Part shown: positions 22,401 to 37,400 of the stretch, piece after piece
How positions within the stretch are numbered: position 1 is the first letter of the stretch
Layout of the letters: each line of letters starts with the position of its first letter
Origin: Tubulanus polymorphus
Taxonomy: Eukaryota > Animalia > Nemertea
DNA: 64,000 nt
Direction: 5' to 3'
Assembly (NCBI RefSeq): GCF_964204645.1
Contig: NC_134032.1
Location: 10,342,275 to 10,406,274 of the forward strand
The notes under the pieces: generated by a model
Databases searched by the model: none
Told to the model about the DNA's origin: nothing
The model's input: the letters and a program-made list of their open reading frames with translations, nothing else
Made by a program: the position numbers and the translations under genes

Positions 22401-25400
22401 GATGTTCGTGTTTGAAGTTTCCTCTATTGAACAGATTATGATAGGCATCCTGGCTTTGAACCTTTGGCTCTCTAGATCATTGGTTCTTTGAAGTCATCGA
22501 AATCATAGAACACCGGCAGTATATATGCCATTACATATAACCATTGTAGTCCAGGGGCGGATCTAGGATTTCTTCAAAGGTATAAGGGAGTGCTGAAAAA
22601 AAGGGCAACGATACTTCATTGCCGGCGCTGTGCGAGCACCGATGGTGTGGGCCCCCGTATGGGGGGGGGGGTACAAGGGCCCTCCCCATTACATTTCGAA
22701 AAACGAGACTTTTCAGGGCATCTGAGGACTTCTTTTAACTCACAGACACATTAACATCAAAGGTAGAAAATCGCGGAGGACATCAACTAAATTTTTCAAG
22801 CTACGTTATGGCAACTGCGAGACAGTAAATGTATAATGCATTCGCCTTTTAGGGGTGCGCGCACCCCTTGCACCACCCTCTGGATCCGCCCCTACCTGGT
22901 TGTTCTAAAATGTGGCGCTCCTGGAACAATATCGGTGCCCTTCATCGTGATTTATATTCAAAATTACGAACAATAATTTTTCTCGTTAAATTTCAAATCG
23001 ACTGAGAATCGCTGTAGCGTGCAAGCTCGACACACGCACACACGCACACACACACACACATCGGCTACTATATGAAGTATGATTGATTGTTTTTTTTTTG
23101 AGGCGACGGGAAAAATTGAAATTAATAACAGCACGGGATAATTCATAACCGACACGTGGCGACCGACAACCCAGCGCTTCAGCAAAAAATCGGTGTTTTA
23201 TATCGACAACTCGATTCCATGTTGAACTTCTTAGATATCGATGACGCCACGTTTCGGCCAGACCACGAAAACTAATTTTTATTGATGCCTTAAAAAATAA
23301 CACACATTGCTTGATAATGTCGACAATGAACAATACAATATAATATTGAGGATCAATTAAGTTATATTGGATTTGAATATATCAATAATTGAATTGAATT
23401 GACCGGTAACCAGTCTAGCCTCGATATATTGATGACGTAGTGCACATCCTATAAAAAAAATAATTATCATAATTTTTCAAAAATAAGAAAAGAGTTATGA
23501 AATACATTCATTAAAAAATGCCAAAATTCACAATTGTAATTGTTATTTTGAACCGCCAATATTGATGACGTTATGCACATCAACTCACAAAGAACCCCTT
23601 ACATATCGCATAAATAGGTATCAATCTATAGAAACATAGTTGTAAACAGTTTTTACGGCCTCGAAAAAGTTGAGATTCCTATGTATGAGATTCCTACGCC
23701 GGTCGGACGGAAATCTACTAGCTGTGGCAATCGCGGAAACGCTAGGTGCGCTTGTCACGCGTTAAAAATCCATTGATGAAAATCAGGCTACTGCAGGAAT
23801 CGAGGAAATGTAGCGCTAGCACTTGTCCTGGAGGTCCTACGACGGCTGACCAATGGCGCCATCTGGTAAACAACTGTTTCGCGGTGATTAATTAAGGTTT
23901 TATCTGACACAGAGCAAGGGCAACACACGAACTTTAAACAAGCGTAGCTCATTAACCGGTACTATACAATACTACGGTAATTACCGGCATTGATACCTCG
24001 ATATCTAAACCAGTAGTAGGTACTCTTTCCGAGCAATATGATCCTTAACGAACCCTCGATATAGCTACACGATACAACAGTGTTCTATATACATGCCTGA
24101 TTTTGCCTCGCAGACTATCGGACATTATCTACAGAGTACTTGAGTATATTTGGGCCATAATTGTTCCATGATTATCTAATTAAAAATCTAATTCGAAATG
24201 AAATATCTCGAGGGACGATTTCATCATTGCGCTGTCTGGAGGTGTTTTTACAGACTAGTGTCATCCGGTGGACCGCAATGATCCTCTTTGGATCCAGCAA
24301 TCTTCCGGCGCCCTTTTGAAAATACAATGACAATATTTCTAGAGCACTTTTTCACCCGCAACTAATAAGACGGCAGTACGCAGCGTAAAATCTATAGCTT
24401 ATATTCTCCTAAATGTCCCTCCGGTGCGTAGAGGTTGTTTGAAAATGCGCTGAAATTTCAGAATCAGAGTGTTGGTCGCGTGGATAACGCGATCTTTTCA
24501 GTATAATATGCCCGAATCACTTCTTTGTGCTCCTTTCAAAGTCTGCCCATGAATCCGCCCCTGCATCAGTCTACAAGCGGGCAACAGTCATAAGGCGTGC
24601 ATCGGTCTGGCAAGCGGAGTCCAGTCTATAGGCGTGCACCAGTCTATTGGTGCAACGACATATTGAGACCAGCTCAGCTGAATGTGAAATACCCGTAAGT
24701 CAAAAAGCATCAGACTTCACCTAAAATCCATTAGATTCATCTAAACCTTCCTCCGTAATGTTCAATCATAATCTAACAAACAAACGATGGATGATGCTGA
24801 CAGAGAATGAAGCAATGGACCATTATCCTTCCCGTTTCACAATCAGCACGCTCCATCTCAATCAGCTCGCCCAGCATCAGCAGCCGTTAGTAAGATACCG
24901 CGTAATGTTTGGAAGTAATTTAGAAATTAAATTTGTTTTCGGTTCATGGAAATTTATACTCCGCGATTTTCCACTCGTTCGATGTGCGTAGCGTGCGGTT
25001 GGCATCAGCGAGAGTTGTTACTGAGAGGAGTGATTTATGCGGGGTGGCTTCTAGGGGAAAGAGCCAAATTAAACCAACACAACTGTGAAACTGGATCCAG
25101 AGTCAAATTAAAAGCTCACAACTGTGAAAATTGAACCAGAGTCAAATTCAACCGACCTGTGGAACTGTGTCCAGAGTAAAATTAAACCCGCGCAACTGTG
25201 AAGCTGGATGCAAAGTCCAGTTTAACCCACGCTGGATTCAGATTCAAATTAAGCCAACAAAATTAACTGTGGAACAGTGTCGAACAGTGAAGTGTGGAGC
25301 TGGATCCAGAGTCAAATTAAACCCATATAACTTTAAAACCGGATACAAAGTCCAGTTAAACTCACGGAACTGGATCCAGAATCAAATTAAACCCACAAAA

Positions 25401-28400
25401 TTTTGAAAAATTTTGAAACCCACATAACTGTGGAAAATGAGCCAGAGTTAGATTAAACCACACAATCGTGATACTGGATCCAAAGTCTAGTTCAACCCAT
25501 GGAACTGGATTCAGAAATTAAACCCACACGTAAGCGTGAAATTCACAAGAGCATGCATTCTCCGCAGCAAAACTTGCGTAATTCGGATCAGTTGGAAATG
25601 ATGAAATCCATCCGCATTATGAGAAATCTGGATTCAACTTCTATCTATAGACCGCAAACTGATATCCGGATTAGATCAAAAAGCGGATTGAATTGATTCG
25701 GACGGAGCGAGTTTTGACTGTACCTGTTATCGTGAGAAATCCCCGTGGATTCCGTGTGTAGAATAGCATCTAGCGCACGTATACGTAGTCTTGTTTTTCG
25801 CTATCAATTTTTTATGAGCCAGACAAATCAGGAATTTTTTAGCTCCATGTCGGGAGAAACTATATCGGTTCTTGCAGTCGAGAACGGGTCCGTAAGACTG
25901 TAAATACCTCTTTCCTGAAAGACATGTCTAAAGGGGTAATTTGACGATGCCGGGTATTTTGGAGGCAGTTATCCTTTCTATGAGTAGTAAGTAATTTGAG
26001 TATTGGTACGGCGTAACTTCTGATGATTTTCCCAAGGAAGTTTGCGGGTTGATCGTTCTCTGACATCTCTTGGGGAGGGTTATTCTGAGCTCTGTTGTTA
26101 TGTTTGCTGTCCGAGTTAAGTAAACGTTTATATTGGATGCAGGTAATTATGACATCGTATCCGGTATTGCCAACGCAAATTCATTATTGAAAGGTTATCG
26201 TAAATACCGTAATACGCAAATATACGCACTTTATACCGGCCTTCCTCTGGGAATCAAATCGTAGGGCAGATTCGCGGTCAATGAAACCTTAATGGTTTCA
26301 AGAACATCCAAAAGTGGTCTGAGATAAAAAATAAGATAAGTACGGCCTCAAATTGTTCGATTCACGGGGATTGTGTTCGATTGTTTCCTTGTGATTGTTT
26401 TTCCAAAATGTAGATTTTGTATTATGCTGTAACATTGGCTATGGGACCAAGATAAGGTTTGTTAATCGAACCAAAATTAGCGTAAACTGGTCGTTAGTTG
26501 TTAGGCTTTCGAAACAAGATGGACGTTAAGCCTTGAAGGTGTGCAACGGAGTCAAATCCGCCACAGCGTGCTAAGCTGGGTTAGTTTCTAGCATTTTTTA
26601 AAGCTTTAAAGGGCCGTTTAGCAATCAACTGGCCGATCAGCAAGCTTCCATCACGAGCCCGATGTTCTACAGATGTTACGGTTTTGACATTCTTATTCCT
26701 TGTGAAACGACGGGCCACAGAACAACAGTAAGCGGCTTACAGCGAACACAAATTCTTCCTGCCAATACCACCGGTAATGCCTGTCCAATTACAACCGGAA
26801 GTTGGATCCGTATTAACCAACCGGAAACGACGGTGGAAATTGGTTTTTCGCCGAGCGACGAGTTGATCGAATGAGAAAATGGCCGCCAATCTTATGTATC
26901 ATGTGCATGCGTAGTTTGTAGGCTGTGGAACTTAGAGCCCTTAGACACTATTAGAGGATTCCATCTCGCAAATGCGCAGCGCTCATCCCATCCCAGACAG
27001 ATAATGATCATGATCGGTAGAGTGGCTTAACAATTGAATTATTGAATAGATTTTGGTCGCAGTGAAAAGGAATACAGTTGCAACAAAATAAACGCTATTG
27101 TTTTTCTTCACGTTTTTATTTCGAAGATATGCATTTCACAGAATTTTTCTCAAGGTCGTTTTTGTATAGATTTACTTACAAATGCTTTTTCGTATAAATG
27201 TTTCGGATTTTTTGAACGTTGTTTTTTTAACACTGTATCAATAACAAACCCCTTGTATGCAGGCACGGTTCGTGGATTGAAGAGCAGGCATACATCGAGG
27301 AGGTAAAAACGTGGTCAGCATATTTCAGGGTTAGAGCACGTGCTTACCACGATGGAATGGGGAGATAGAGTGGGGCGTGCGGCCTGGAGGTGTGAAGAAA
27401 CGGTAGAGGGGATAGTATGATCCAGAGGGGAGGGGGGGGGGGGGTTGAGAGGGGCAGTGAGTGGTACTTTGAGATAGATACTCATTTGCTATGCGATGCA
27501 TAGATCTCGTTAACCTAAGACAGATTCAGGTGGTTTGAAGTGAGCAATTCAGATATGATTTATCTTGGTAACTGTTCATCGCGAGTGTCAGTATAAACGG
27601 GTTTACATGGCTATTGGGGATAAGGGGTCCCCCGCGGAGTTTATACATCGAAATGTCCTTCAACTATGAATAGATTTACCCGAGGGGGTTGCGAGGTAGG
27701 GAAGGTGAATATAAGGAAGAAGGGAAAATAGAGGAGACACAAAGGAATAATGGCAACAGAAAGGAGAGGACAGGTAAAAAAGATGAAGATGAAGATGAAG
27801 AGAGACTTAAAAAGGAAACTAACTTGAAAATCAATTGACGCCTTGAAAAATTGCACACATAATATATTGCTTATTATTTGCCGACGATAAATGATATGAT
27901 ATAAATGAATGTAGGGCCTTATACCAGTAATCAATAAAGTTACTTTGAATCTAAATAAATCGATTATTGAATTGACTTGACCGGTAACCAGTCTAGCCCA
28001 ATATATTGATGACGTAGTGCACATCTTCTCAAAAATAATTATATTAAAATTCATCAAATACGAAATACAAGCTATGAAATATTACAATATACCAAAATTA
28101 ACAATTGTTTTAGTCATTTGAAACGAAAATATTGATGACGTAGTGCACTTGAAATGACAGAGAACCCCTTGCATAAGGGTAGTATAGTTATCAATGTATC
28201 ATTGTATAGTTATCAATGTATGTAAACGCTATTGTAAGGGCAGAGTAGGAGAAGAAGAGTAGGGGGTAGGGGAAAGGAGCCTATATTTATCTCGATCGTT
28301 GTTTCACTTCAACGCAGCGTGGGAATACATACAACACTAGGCAGCATTTATAACAATAACCCGTTGGATTATCAGAGTAGCGAACGTTCGCTTATCACAG

Positions 28401-31400
28401 CGAGGGTAAGAGAACAGTTTGTTTCAGCTCAGTGACTTTACATCGCAGTGGTTTTTAACTCTCTTTCGTGAAGCATTACGTTACGTTTCCAAAGGCTAAG
28501 AATATCCCCCTCGGTCGCGACAAAAAGTCTATATCTTAAAATTATATTTAGGCCTAAAAGCTCAACCGGAATTTGTACGCCAGTAAAGCACAGGTACAAC
28601 TATGAGCTGCCTTCATAAAAACCCACTGCCAATATAGACGTAGCTATACGAAAATACATAACTCTTCGGGAACTAAATTGGGAGCCAGTTCAAACTGATA
28701 ATGGCTGTAGAGCTATGGCTTGCGGGACCATCTTCAAAATAAACAGCCACGACCAACCTACAACAGCCTCGGGCGGCGTATACTCGTCACCAAGCCTTGA
28801 CAATCACACCAAGCAAGGGCCTGCAACAAGTACATATCCTCGAGTTTAACCCTCGCGGTTCTCCTCGAGTAAAACACCAGGCAGCCTCAACAACCACGCC
28901 GACCTCACAAGCCTCAGCGTCTACGGCACTTAAGACGAAAATTATCATGAAATATATACCGAATTTTCTCGGAACACATCTTAATCTATCATACGAACGT
29001 ATATTTCTACTTCATCACGAGTAAAAAACAAGTTCCGCGCGTATATTTCGCAGTCTAGTGTTCCCCGTTGCAGCCCGTCCTCCTCAACTCCTACTTGATA
29101 TTCCGCGAGGCGAGTTCGTTGTTACAATTTTATACGTATATACGATGAACTACACTCGGGCGCGTATAAAAGCGCATTAGACCTCTCGTCAAAAACATGT
29201 CGCCGGAACAAACAGGGGGAATGATGATGACATTAAGTTGACGTAAATACTGTATATGTAACTGGCAGGATAGAGTCCTTAATTGAGGCATAAGAGTCAA
29301 ACAGTGTAAACAAGTCACGCCTAATACTGCCGGCGCCTACTCAAGTTCAAGCATTTTTTTACGGAAAACGAAATTTGTAGAAATATGTATTCAGAGATTT
29401 TAAAAACCAAAATTTGTAATTCTTTGTTTCTAACGAACATAATTGCACGAGTGAGGAAATAATTCACAGCAAAAAGAAGATTTCTGCGTCCTGTGGAACC
29501 AGCAAAGCCTTATAGCAGATATGCACATGCAACTGGTGAAAACAAAATGGCTGCTTTCGACAAGCCCTCACTCTTACACAAAAGATGGCCGCAACGTTTA
29601 TCAATAATTTCTCATGAAATGACTGGCTGCATAAAATTATCTTAAGATTTGTACCCTAACAGGAAGGATGCCGTTGTACGTGATCATTCCTTTCAAAGAT
29701 AGTCGGGTCGCGTTAGTACGCAACCTTGATCGGATGAAGTAAGCGCAGACTAATCAACCAGAAACCACGTTAGTTCGTGGCGTGTCTTATAATTAGTAAT
29801 TAACACGCAATTAATCGCACGAGCGGACGACGGTTAATAGTTGTTAATTACCAAGTCTTGATTAAATCCGATTCACGATCGAACTTATAGCGAGCACTGA
29901 GAGCGACGACAGACAGGTGCACGATATTCGGAGATGTCGGCTGCTATACGATCCCTCTATAACATCACCGAATTCATTAAAAGAAGCTCCTTCAAGGAGA
30001 GCGGATCCAAGGGTTCACTTTGGGCGAGTAATAATGAAGTAGGATCCACGATCCTAGGACAACAGCGGGTGTCCTGGGAGGATTAAAAAAAAATGAACCC
30101 ACTGGATGTATTTGAGAGGCATCTTGAAATCATGATCCTTATTGATACACCAGAAATAATTAGAATTAAAACATCAGAGATCAATTTGGGAGTTATTATA
30201 GAATCGGATTTCTTGGCAACAACATATTATACATTTGCGTATCAACATGGCTACATATCAACATGGCTGCCTCCACAAACCCCTTATTCCGTCATTAAAC
30301 TGTCTCATACACGGTTAGAGGAAAGATGGCCGCCTCCACAAACCCCTTATCACATCACTAAACTGTCCCATACACGGTTAGAGGAAAGATGGCTGCCTCC
30401 ACAAACCTCTGCCCGATACATGGTTAGAGGAAAGATGGCTGCCTCCAAAAACCTCTGTCCCATACACGGTAAGAGGAAAGATGGCTCCACAAACCCCTTA
30501 TTTCATCATTGAACTGTTATATACACGTTAAGAAAAAGATGGCCGATCCATAAAATCCCCATGACTAAGGACATCATCAAATAAGCCCTACTTCTCAATA
30601 CATGGCAGGTTCTTTATCACATTTATGACATGATTAAATTGCCTAGCGCTAGTGAAATTCGTACTCGACGTTCGGCGGGTGATGGAGGGTTAAATTCGCG
30701 GAACGTTTAACGCCCGTTGATACGACTTAACGTTGCCGTATAAATGACGTTAATAGTCGTAAACGTTGACATAAAAACCAATAAGGCGTTTCACGAAAGT
30801 TGCGTTTCTACGCGGCCGTATAGTTAAAACGAAACGACGTTGAACGCTCGTTATCAAAATCATGATGCAAATTTGAAAGAGAGACTTACGGAAAGAGATA
30901 TATTTCAAACATTGGGAAAGCTATTCAGCGCCGATTTTTAGGCTGCACTGTCGTTCTTTCTCTCGTAACTAACTCGGGGCAGTTGAATTAGGGGATTCAG
31001 GAACTGCGACTTTTCCGAGAAAGCCAACTAAGACTTCAGTGACGGTAAAAATTGTCTCTGCGTCTCAATGACTTTTAATTCGACACGCGACGTGTGGGGA
31101 GACTTAATTAACAGGCCGAACGGTCCGCGTGGCCTAATAGATAAGGCGTCTGACTTCGAATCAGAAGATTGCAGGTTCGAGTCCTGTCGCGGACGGCATG
31201 TAACGTGAAATTTTTGGACAAAGAACTTCGCTTCCGCATTTTTGAGACTGCTGATGCCTGATCAATTAAGTAAGAAAGCCTCGCGGAAGTAAGAGGCAGC
31301 CATCTTTATCATATTTATTGAGAGAGGCATCCTTTTTTCTTTGGAAGGTGAAGAGAGAGGACGAGTTAAGTTGAAAGGACGAGGGGTTATATAGGGACTA

Positions 31401-34400
31401 TATAAACCCCTCGACGATCCGGACATTATGATGTCGTCCGGTCCAAATGGTTGCATTCAATGAGACTTCTGAGAAAGACGGATCCTCGGTGTCGTTGGGT
31501 TCGACTATGCCATTTTACCAGATACGTGCGTTGGGCTTAATGGTCCGCCGTGGTTTAACCTTGGAGTATTCCGAGTATTCCAAATTCATATTGTTTCAGC
31601 TCGTGAGCTGTATAGTGTGACGTGTCTGATGCGCGCGGTTGTTGTGATAGAAAATTTATCGTCGCTGGTGGTAGAAATTCCCTCGCGTGCCGCAGCCGGC
31701 TCGATCGATCTCCTTTATATACGTGACGCGGGCTTCGTTCGTGTTTATTAATTATTCATAAACTTTCCTTACAATGAATCGCGTGTATATTTCACAAACA
31801 ACAACGACGATGACGTATCCTGTATCCGAGGTATACGGGGAGCGTGATATTCATTAGATTCCTTAAGGACTGGTGATGTGAGCTGTATGCGACCGGTCCA
31901 ATATCTACCTGGGGCCGGTTGCATAGTCATGACTTAGACTTAAGACCAGTCTAAGACCAACTTAGTTCTATAGCCAATCTAACAATTTAAGACCAGTCTT
32001 AAGATTTAAGACAACTTTTGGACTGTGCAACTGGCCCCTGGGTCCCAGTTTGCACAGTCGTGACCTAAGTACAAAGTGGTCTTAGAATCTTTTGATCTCA
32101 GACGGTGATCTTAAATCTAAGCCATGAACGTGCAACTGGTCCCTGGTGTTATCTCGACTGGCCTTAATTTGTTTCATTGAGTATAGAACTAAGTTGGTCT
32201 CAGAGTAGTGGCCTTAAATCTAATCCACGGGCCAGTTGCACAGTCGTGACTTGAATGCAAAAAGTGGTCTTAAGACTGGTCTTAAGTTATTAGATTGGCT
32301 ATCGAACTAAGTTGGTTTTAGACTGGTCTTAAGTCTGAGCCATGACTATGCAACCGGCCCAAGTTATCTTATGACTGGTCTTAAGTGGGTAGATTGAATC
32401 GCGCGGCCACGATATTTCATGGTGGTAATTTGATGAATTCATAGGGAGATCTATGGAGGCAGTCGACCTTTCTAGAAATGACTATAGGGGCAATTTGATG
32501 ATGTCACATCAGTTGGAATCTACTCAGGCGGCCATCTTTTCTGGGAGTGTTTATAAGGGCTGTATTTGATGACGTCAGCTAGATATTTATTGAATTGAAA
32601 TGTATTCATTAATTTAGGTAAAATATTCATCTCTGAGATACATAAGAAGTATATATACATTTCACCCCCGAACTGTGGAGCATATATATGTATTCATCAT
32701 TCGCGAGAGTCTCTGTACGAAAGTGACAAGTACTCTATAATCCTGTACCAACCATCTCAATTAATCTGGCTCACAAATCCCCGTTAATCCCCCGTTAATC
32801 CATCGTGTCAGTATTAATCCTAACGGTTGCCGATTTTTTCGCGACGCGCAATCACATTAACGGCTTAAATTCACCCGGGCGTTAATCGGTCGCGTGAACT
32901 ACTTTTCCCGACAACGGGGCGACTACAGCTGATCGATATTAACGAGTTTTCTGAGTGGCTGAGTGTACCTAAGAGAAGCCAAGATAAAGGCGCCAGTCTG
33001 ATATCTTAGGTATTGCTTCATTAAATTGGGAGACTTTAAGGTGGTAATATGTAAAGGCGAAGAGAAAGTAAGGACACCTTAACTTTTACCGCCTGCTAGA
33101 AGGTTTAGAAGCCACGTCATAAGTCAGCCTTAGTCAGGTAACACCCGTGAGAGAGGAGACTGCTTTCCACGGACTTGGAAACGATTCTGTGTTCGGTCTA
33201 CCGATCTGGTCTACTTTACAGTAACCAACTTTGTATTCACGTATCGGAAGCGATACAGGTCGTTAGAGGATCATTCTACACGTCGATCCGTTCTGTTATA
33301 CGACTATATCCGTTTTGTTTCCGGCGAGCGTTCGCCATCAGACCTGTCACCACCGAGGAATCGAATCGACGAGAATGAAAAAATTAATTCAAACTAATGA
33401 TAGCGTCGCAGCCAGCGACAAACCCGCTGCTATACCGGAGTCTCCGATAACAAGCTGGCGTATATAAATCTTTATCAGACAATAATTACACGCGCTTTTT
33501 ACATACAGCAAGTTCGCTAGCGAAATATAGAAGAACTGCGAGGAAAAACTGCAAGCTTTTAATCCTGCTAGAATATGCAAAAAGAAAATTGTCGCAATCA
33601 TACTCAGGGACAGCCAGTCAGGCGAAGTCCATCCCCGCGAACGGAATCCAACGATCGACGAAGATCGAAATTCCCAATTTTATCTCTTTTGCCAAACTCC
33701 GGGAATCACTATGAGGGATAGAAGAACCACAGCCACATGTGACTTAACTGCAATGGTGCTTTGGTCACACCGACACATAATCTTGACACATAACTTTCTC
33801 TCAGCTATTGTTTTTACTTACAACGTTTGAGTCATCCCGTTTCGTCGCTGATTTAGCCTGCAGTTCAATACAAATACATGTTTCGCGTGTTTTGCGACAT
33901 CTTGTCGAGAACCCTCTGCTCTTTAGAGAAAAGAACCTTATACCATCCTTCCTCGGGCGTGTTAAAACGACAATGAACGTGACAAGGCGTCGACCGGAGT
34001 GAAGTGGATATCGCCGAGTCTCGTTGCCATCAGGTTCGAATCCCTGCCAGCCGCGGGTTGAAACCACACCCAATATCTCAGATACATAAAGGCCTTCGAT
34101 CATTTGCAAGCTCTCGGACTACATACGAACTTGCGATGGAAATCTCGCGGTGTCGTGAAGTAAATCTTGTTCCCTTATAGATTTAGATTTGTCGGTTTTT
34201 AACTGTTTTGCCGCTGTATGAATCCTACTGAGTACGTATTACATCTGATATCGTAATGTGTCCCTTAATCATATCATGATCTTGTTGTAACTTAATTATT
34301 CCTGAAAATGACTATTAGGATTCGAAACGTCGAATACTATATTAGTTAAAGTAATTTTTTCTGACTCGTGTATCTTCTGTGTTGTGGAATTTCATCTCAT

Positions 34401-37400
34401 TTGTAAACTCAAATTTGGCGTGAATGCTTCAAATAATCTCGTAGTATCTCGCGAAATTTCGTGCTCCTCGGCGCAGAGCGGTCTCATCGTCGATTCCAAA
34501 GCAAACACGTACAGTGTGGATAATTTGCTCCGTGGGGGATACACCGTACGTATAGGCTATATTGCATACATAAACGCACTCGTGGCGGGGTGTCCCGCAT
34601 CTCAGAGAGCGGTTGACAAGGACGCGCAGAGAACTAGTACACACCACACACGGAGTGAAGGAAATAGATATCTGTAGTCTACGACACCGAGTACTGTAAC
34701 TACATCAACAGAGACATACAACTCTCTATTCTCCGTCTCTTCTCTCAGCTCGACTACGTATCAAATTATTCACGACTATACACACAAATGTGTATAACAA
34801 ATTACGCGAGTCGAATCGAGCCTTAAGATCGGATGTGGCCTTCTTAACCGGCTAATTCAATTCAATTCAATTCAATTCAATTCAATATATCTTTATTGTC
34901 CTTTGAGTAATATAAAATACAAGTCAGGTTTTTTTACAATAAAGATGAGAAAAGGGTAACATAAAAAATTTATAGGAAATCATACTAAAAACGCAGTTGA
35001 AAAATATGAATAAACATTAGATAAAAAAGGGCTATGACGTCACGTTGATTTAAACGCGTAGAATTCTATTGAACTGGTTCTCAACGAAACCCACAGCAGG
35101 GTTGTCAAACAAATCCCACGACTGATCGGGTAAAAAGTAATGTACAGGGTATATAGGCGGTTGGCCGGGTCTACTTATAAGCTCAACAGAAATGAGACAC
35201 AATTGTGAATTTATGCATCTATTTCGTAATTAGATATATTTCACAACTCTTATTTTATATTTAATAGATTTTGGTACATTTTGAGATGATGTGCATTACG
35301 TCATCAATATACGTCATTAATATATCGGGACTAGACTGGTTGCCGGCCAATTCAATTCAAATATCGCTATATTCAAATTTGAAATAACCTTATTGATCTG
35401 TGATATTATATCATTGATATTATATCATTCATTGCCGACAATATCAAGCAATGTGATATTTTTCAAGGCGCCAATAAACTTTCAAGTTAGTTTTCTCGAT
35501 TCTTCATAATCGGATAGGTTATTACCATCAATTTCAAGAATATCGTCGTAAAAATATCGGTATCCGGCGCGTTTCACAAATAGACTCCGCCGAGACCGCG
35601 CATGATGAGAAGAGATTACTTCGAGGAGACGGAGCTCTATAGCTGAGAGGGGACTGCGGCAACAGATGGTGCGATTCGCATGACCTTGAGAAATGAAGGG
35701 TCATTGAAAACGCGCGTTGTTCCAAGAGTTAGGAAATACTTGAGAACAATCCACCGCATTCCGGGCGACTCTTCACCAGCAAATTCATCACACTCATATT
35801 CATCGATGTTATCATTTTGAGAGATGTAAAATGCACGCAGCGCAGCGCGTCAGAAACATGACAAATTTCGATTTTAAGATGCCATAAAATGTATGCCTGT
35901 TTTAGTCACTCACCCTTACTACTACGCAGAGGTGAATCCAGGCTGGAAGAAAGTGGGGGTTCATTCCAAAGGAAAATGGCAATTTTCAGTCGTGGCGCGA
36001 AATGCTTCCAGAGGGGTCTAAGGGTCGTCCCCTGAAATGTTTTGAAAACTTAGGTAATTTTTTTGCAATTCTATGGCATAATAAATGAAGATCAGTGCAG
36101 GGGATAATAGGCCTATTTTCGAAAGGGCACTCGGTCAGAAAAGGGGTTCGAACTGCCACTGACTTGGAGATCCGATGTGTCCGTTCTAACGCCACAGCTG
36201 TGAGGCGGTTTTTCGAGAACCCAATCGTCTGTTCTAGACGACGTCATCCTGTCGCAGCTGTGAAGGGATTCATCGAGAACCATGGGCTAGTGGCCCTCCT
36301 AAAACCGCCGAGAGAGGAGTTCACTGCAAAACCCATTTGTTCGTTTTAGTCGCTCTCTCCGGCCACACATCAGAAAGAGAGTTCACCAAGAACCCATGTG
36401 TCGGTTCTAGTTACTCTGGCCACAGCTGTGAGGGGAGTTCATCAAGAACCAACGCGTCTGTAACTCCAGCCACCACTTAGTAAATTAGCAAATAAAAAAC
36501 GGTGATCGCCAAGCCTTCCATTCCATCAGCAAATGCAAATTTTATTCACAGTGATTTTCATTTATTCAATAATAGTCTGGCCTTTCACTCACCGTACCAG
36601 AGCCTCGCCGTTCATCGCTCCTATATCGACGTGTGTTGCAGTTGCAGTCAGTATGTCAAAATATTATAAGCTCAATTAACTTGAGTGCTCGCTGTATTTA
36701 GCAATTACCTATTATGTGTACAGTCGGAGAGATTGGGAGAGGTTACGGGATATCAAATATTAGATCTGTATTACGTGTTCATACCACCTACAAAATCCAC
36801 GACATTTCAGTTCAACGCGAACTGTTTTTTACAGTTTTCGATGAGATAGGAATTGACCGTACAGGATTGGAACGTTTTGAAATGACTGATTTTAGCTTCG
36901 CAGTCATACCGACAATGGAACTGGTCGCCGTCGAAAGAAATTTCAAACTCATACCCGAGATCAGGTGGTACTGGAGGGGAGGTGCCCTTTGAACCGTCCC
37001 TCAAATGAAAGGCTCAAGTAAAAACCGCCAAAATATATCGTTTTTTGGAAATACTGGAGGCATCGGATTTACTTATGTCATTACTGAGAACGGACCTCAA
37101 TCCCCAAGAGACGTCTTTAAAGTTTTTTTCTGGATCCTATGGGACACAGCCTGTATTGGCTTTCCGGGTATCCAGCTATGTATGTAACTATATGAATGCT
37201 CTGTCCTGTTTGTAACAATACTGTATACAGTATATTATTTATATTGCATTAATGGCGAAAAAATAAAAACATTATCATATTATTACAAAATTACTAGAAC
37301 ATATTTTTGGAGGAATTCTTGCATTATTTGGTATTGGTTTTGTTTGAAATTATGCCTACCGCCTATCGCTAATAGATGGCTAAACGCCTATATCATCCTC

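Noticed and set aside
33995-34060. Second tRNA gene
   Set aside because: Only a T-arm/B-box (GGTTCGAATCCC) is recognisable, with no full cloverleaf; treated as a SINE-like fragment.
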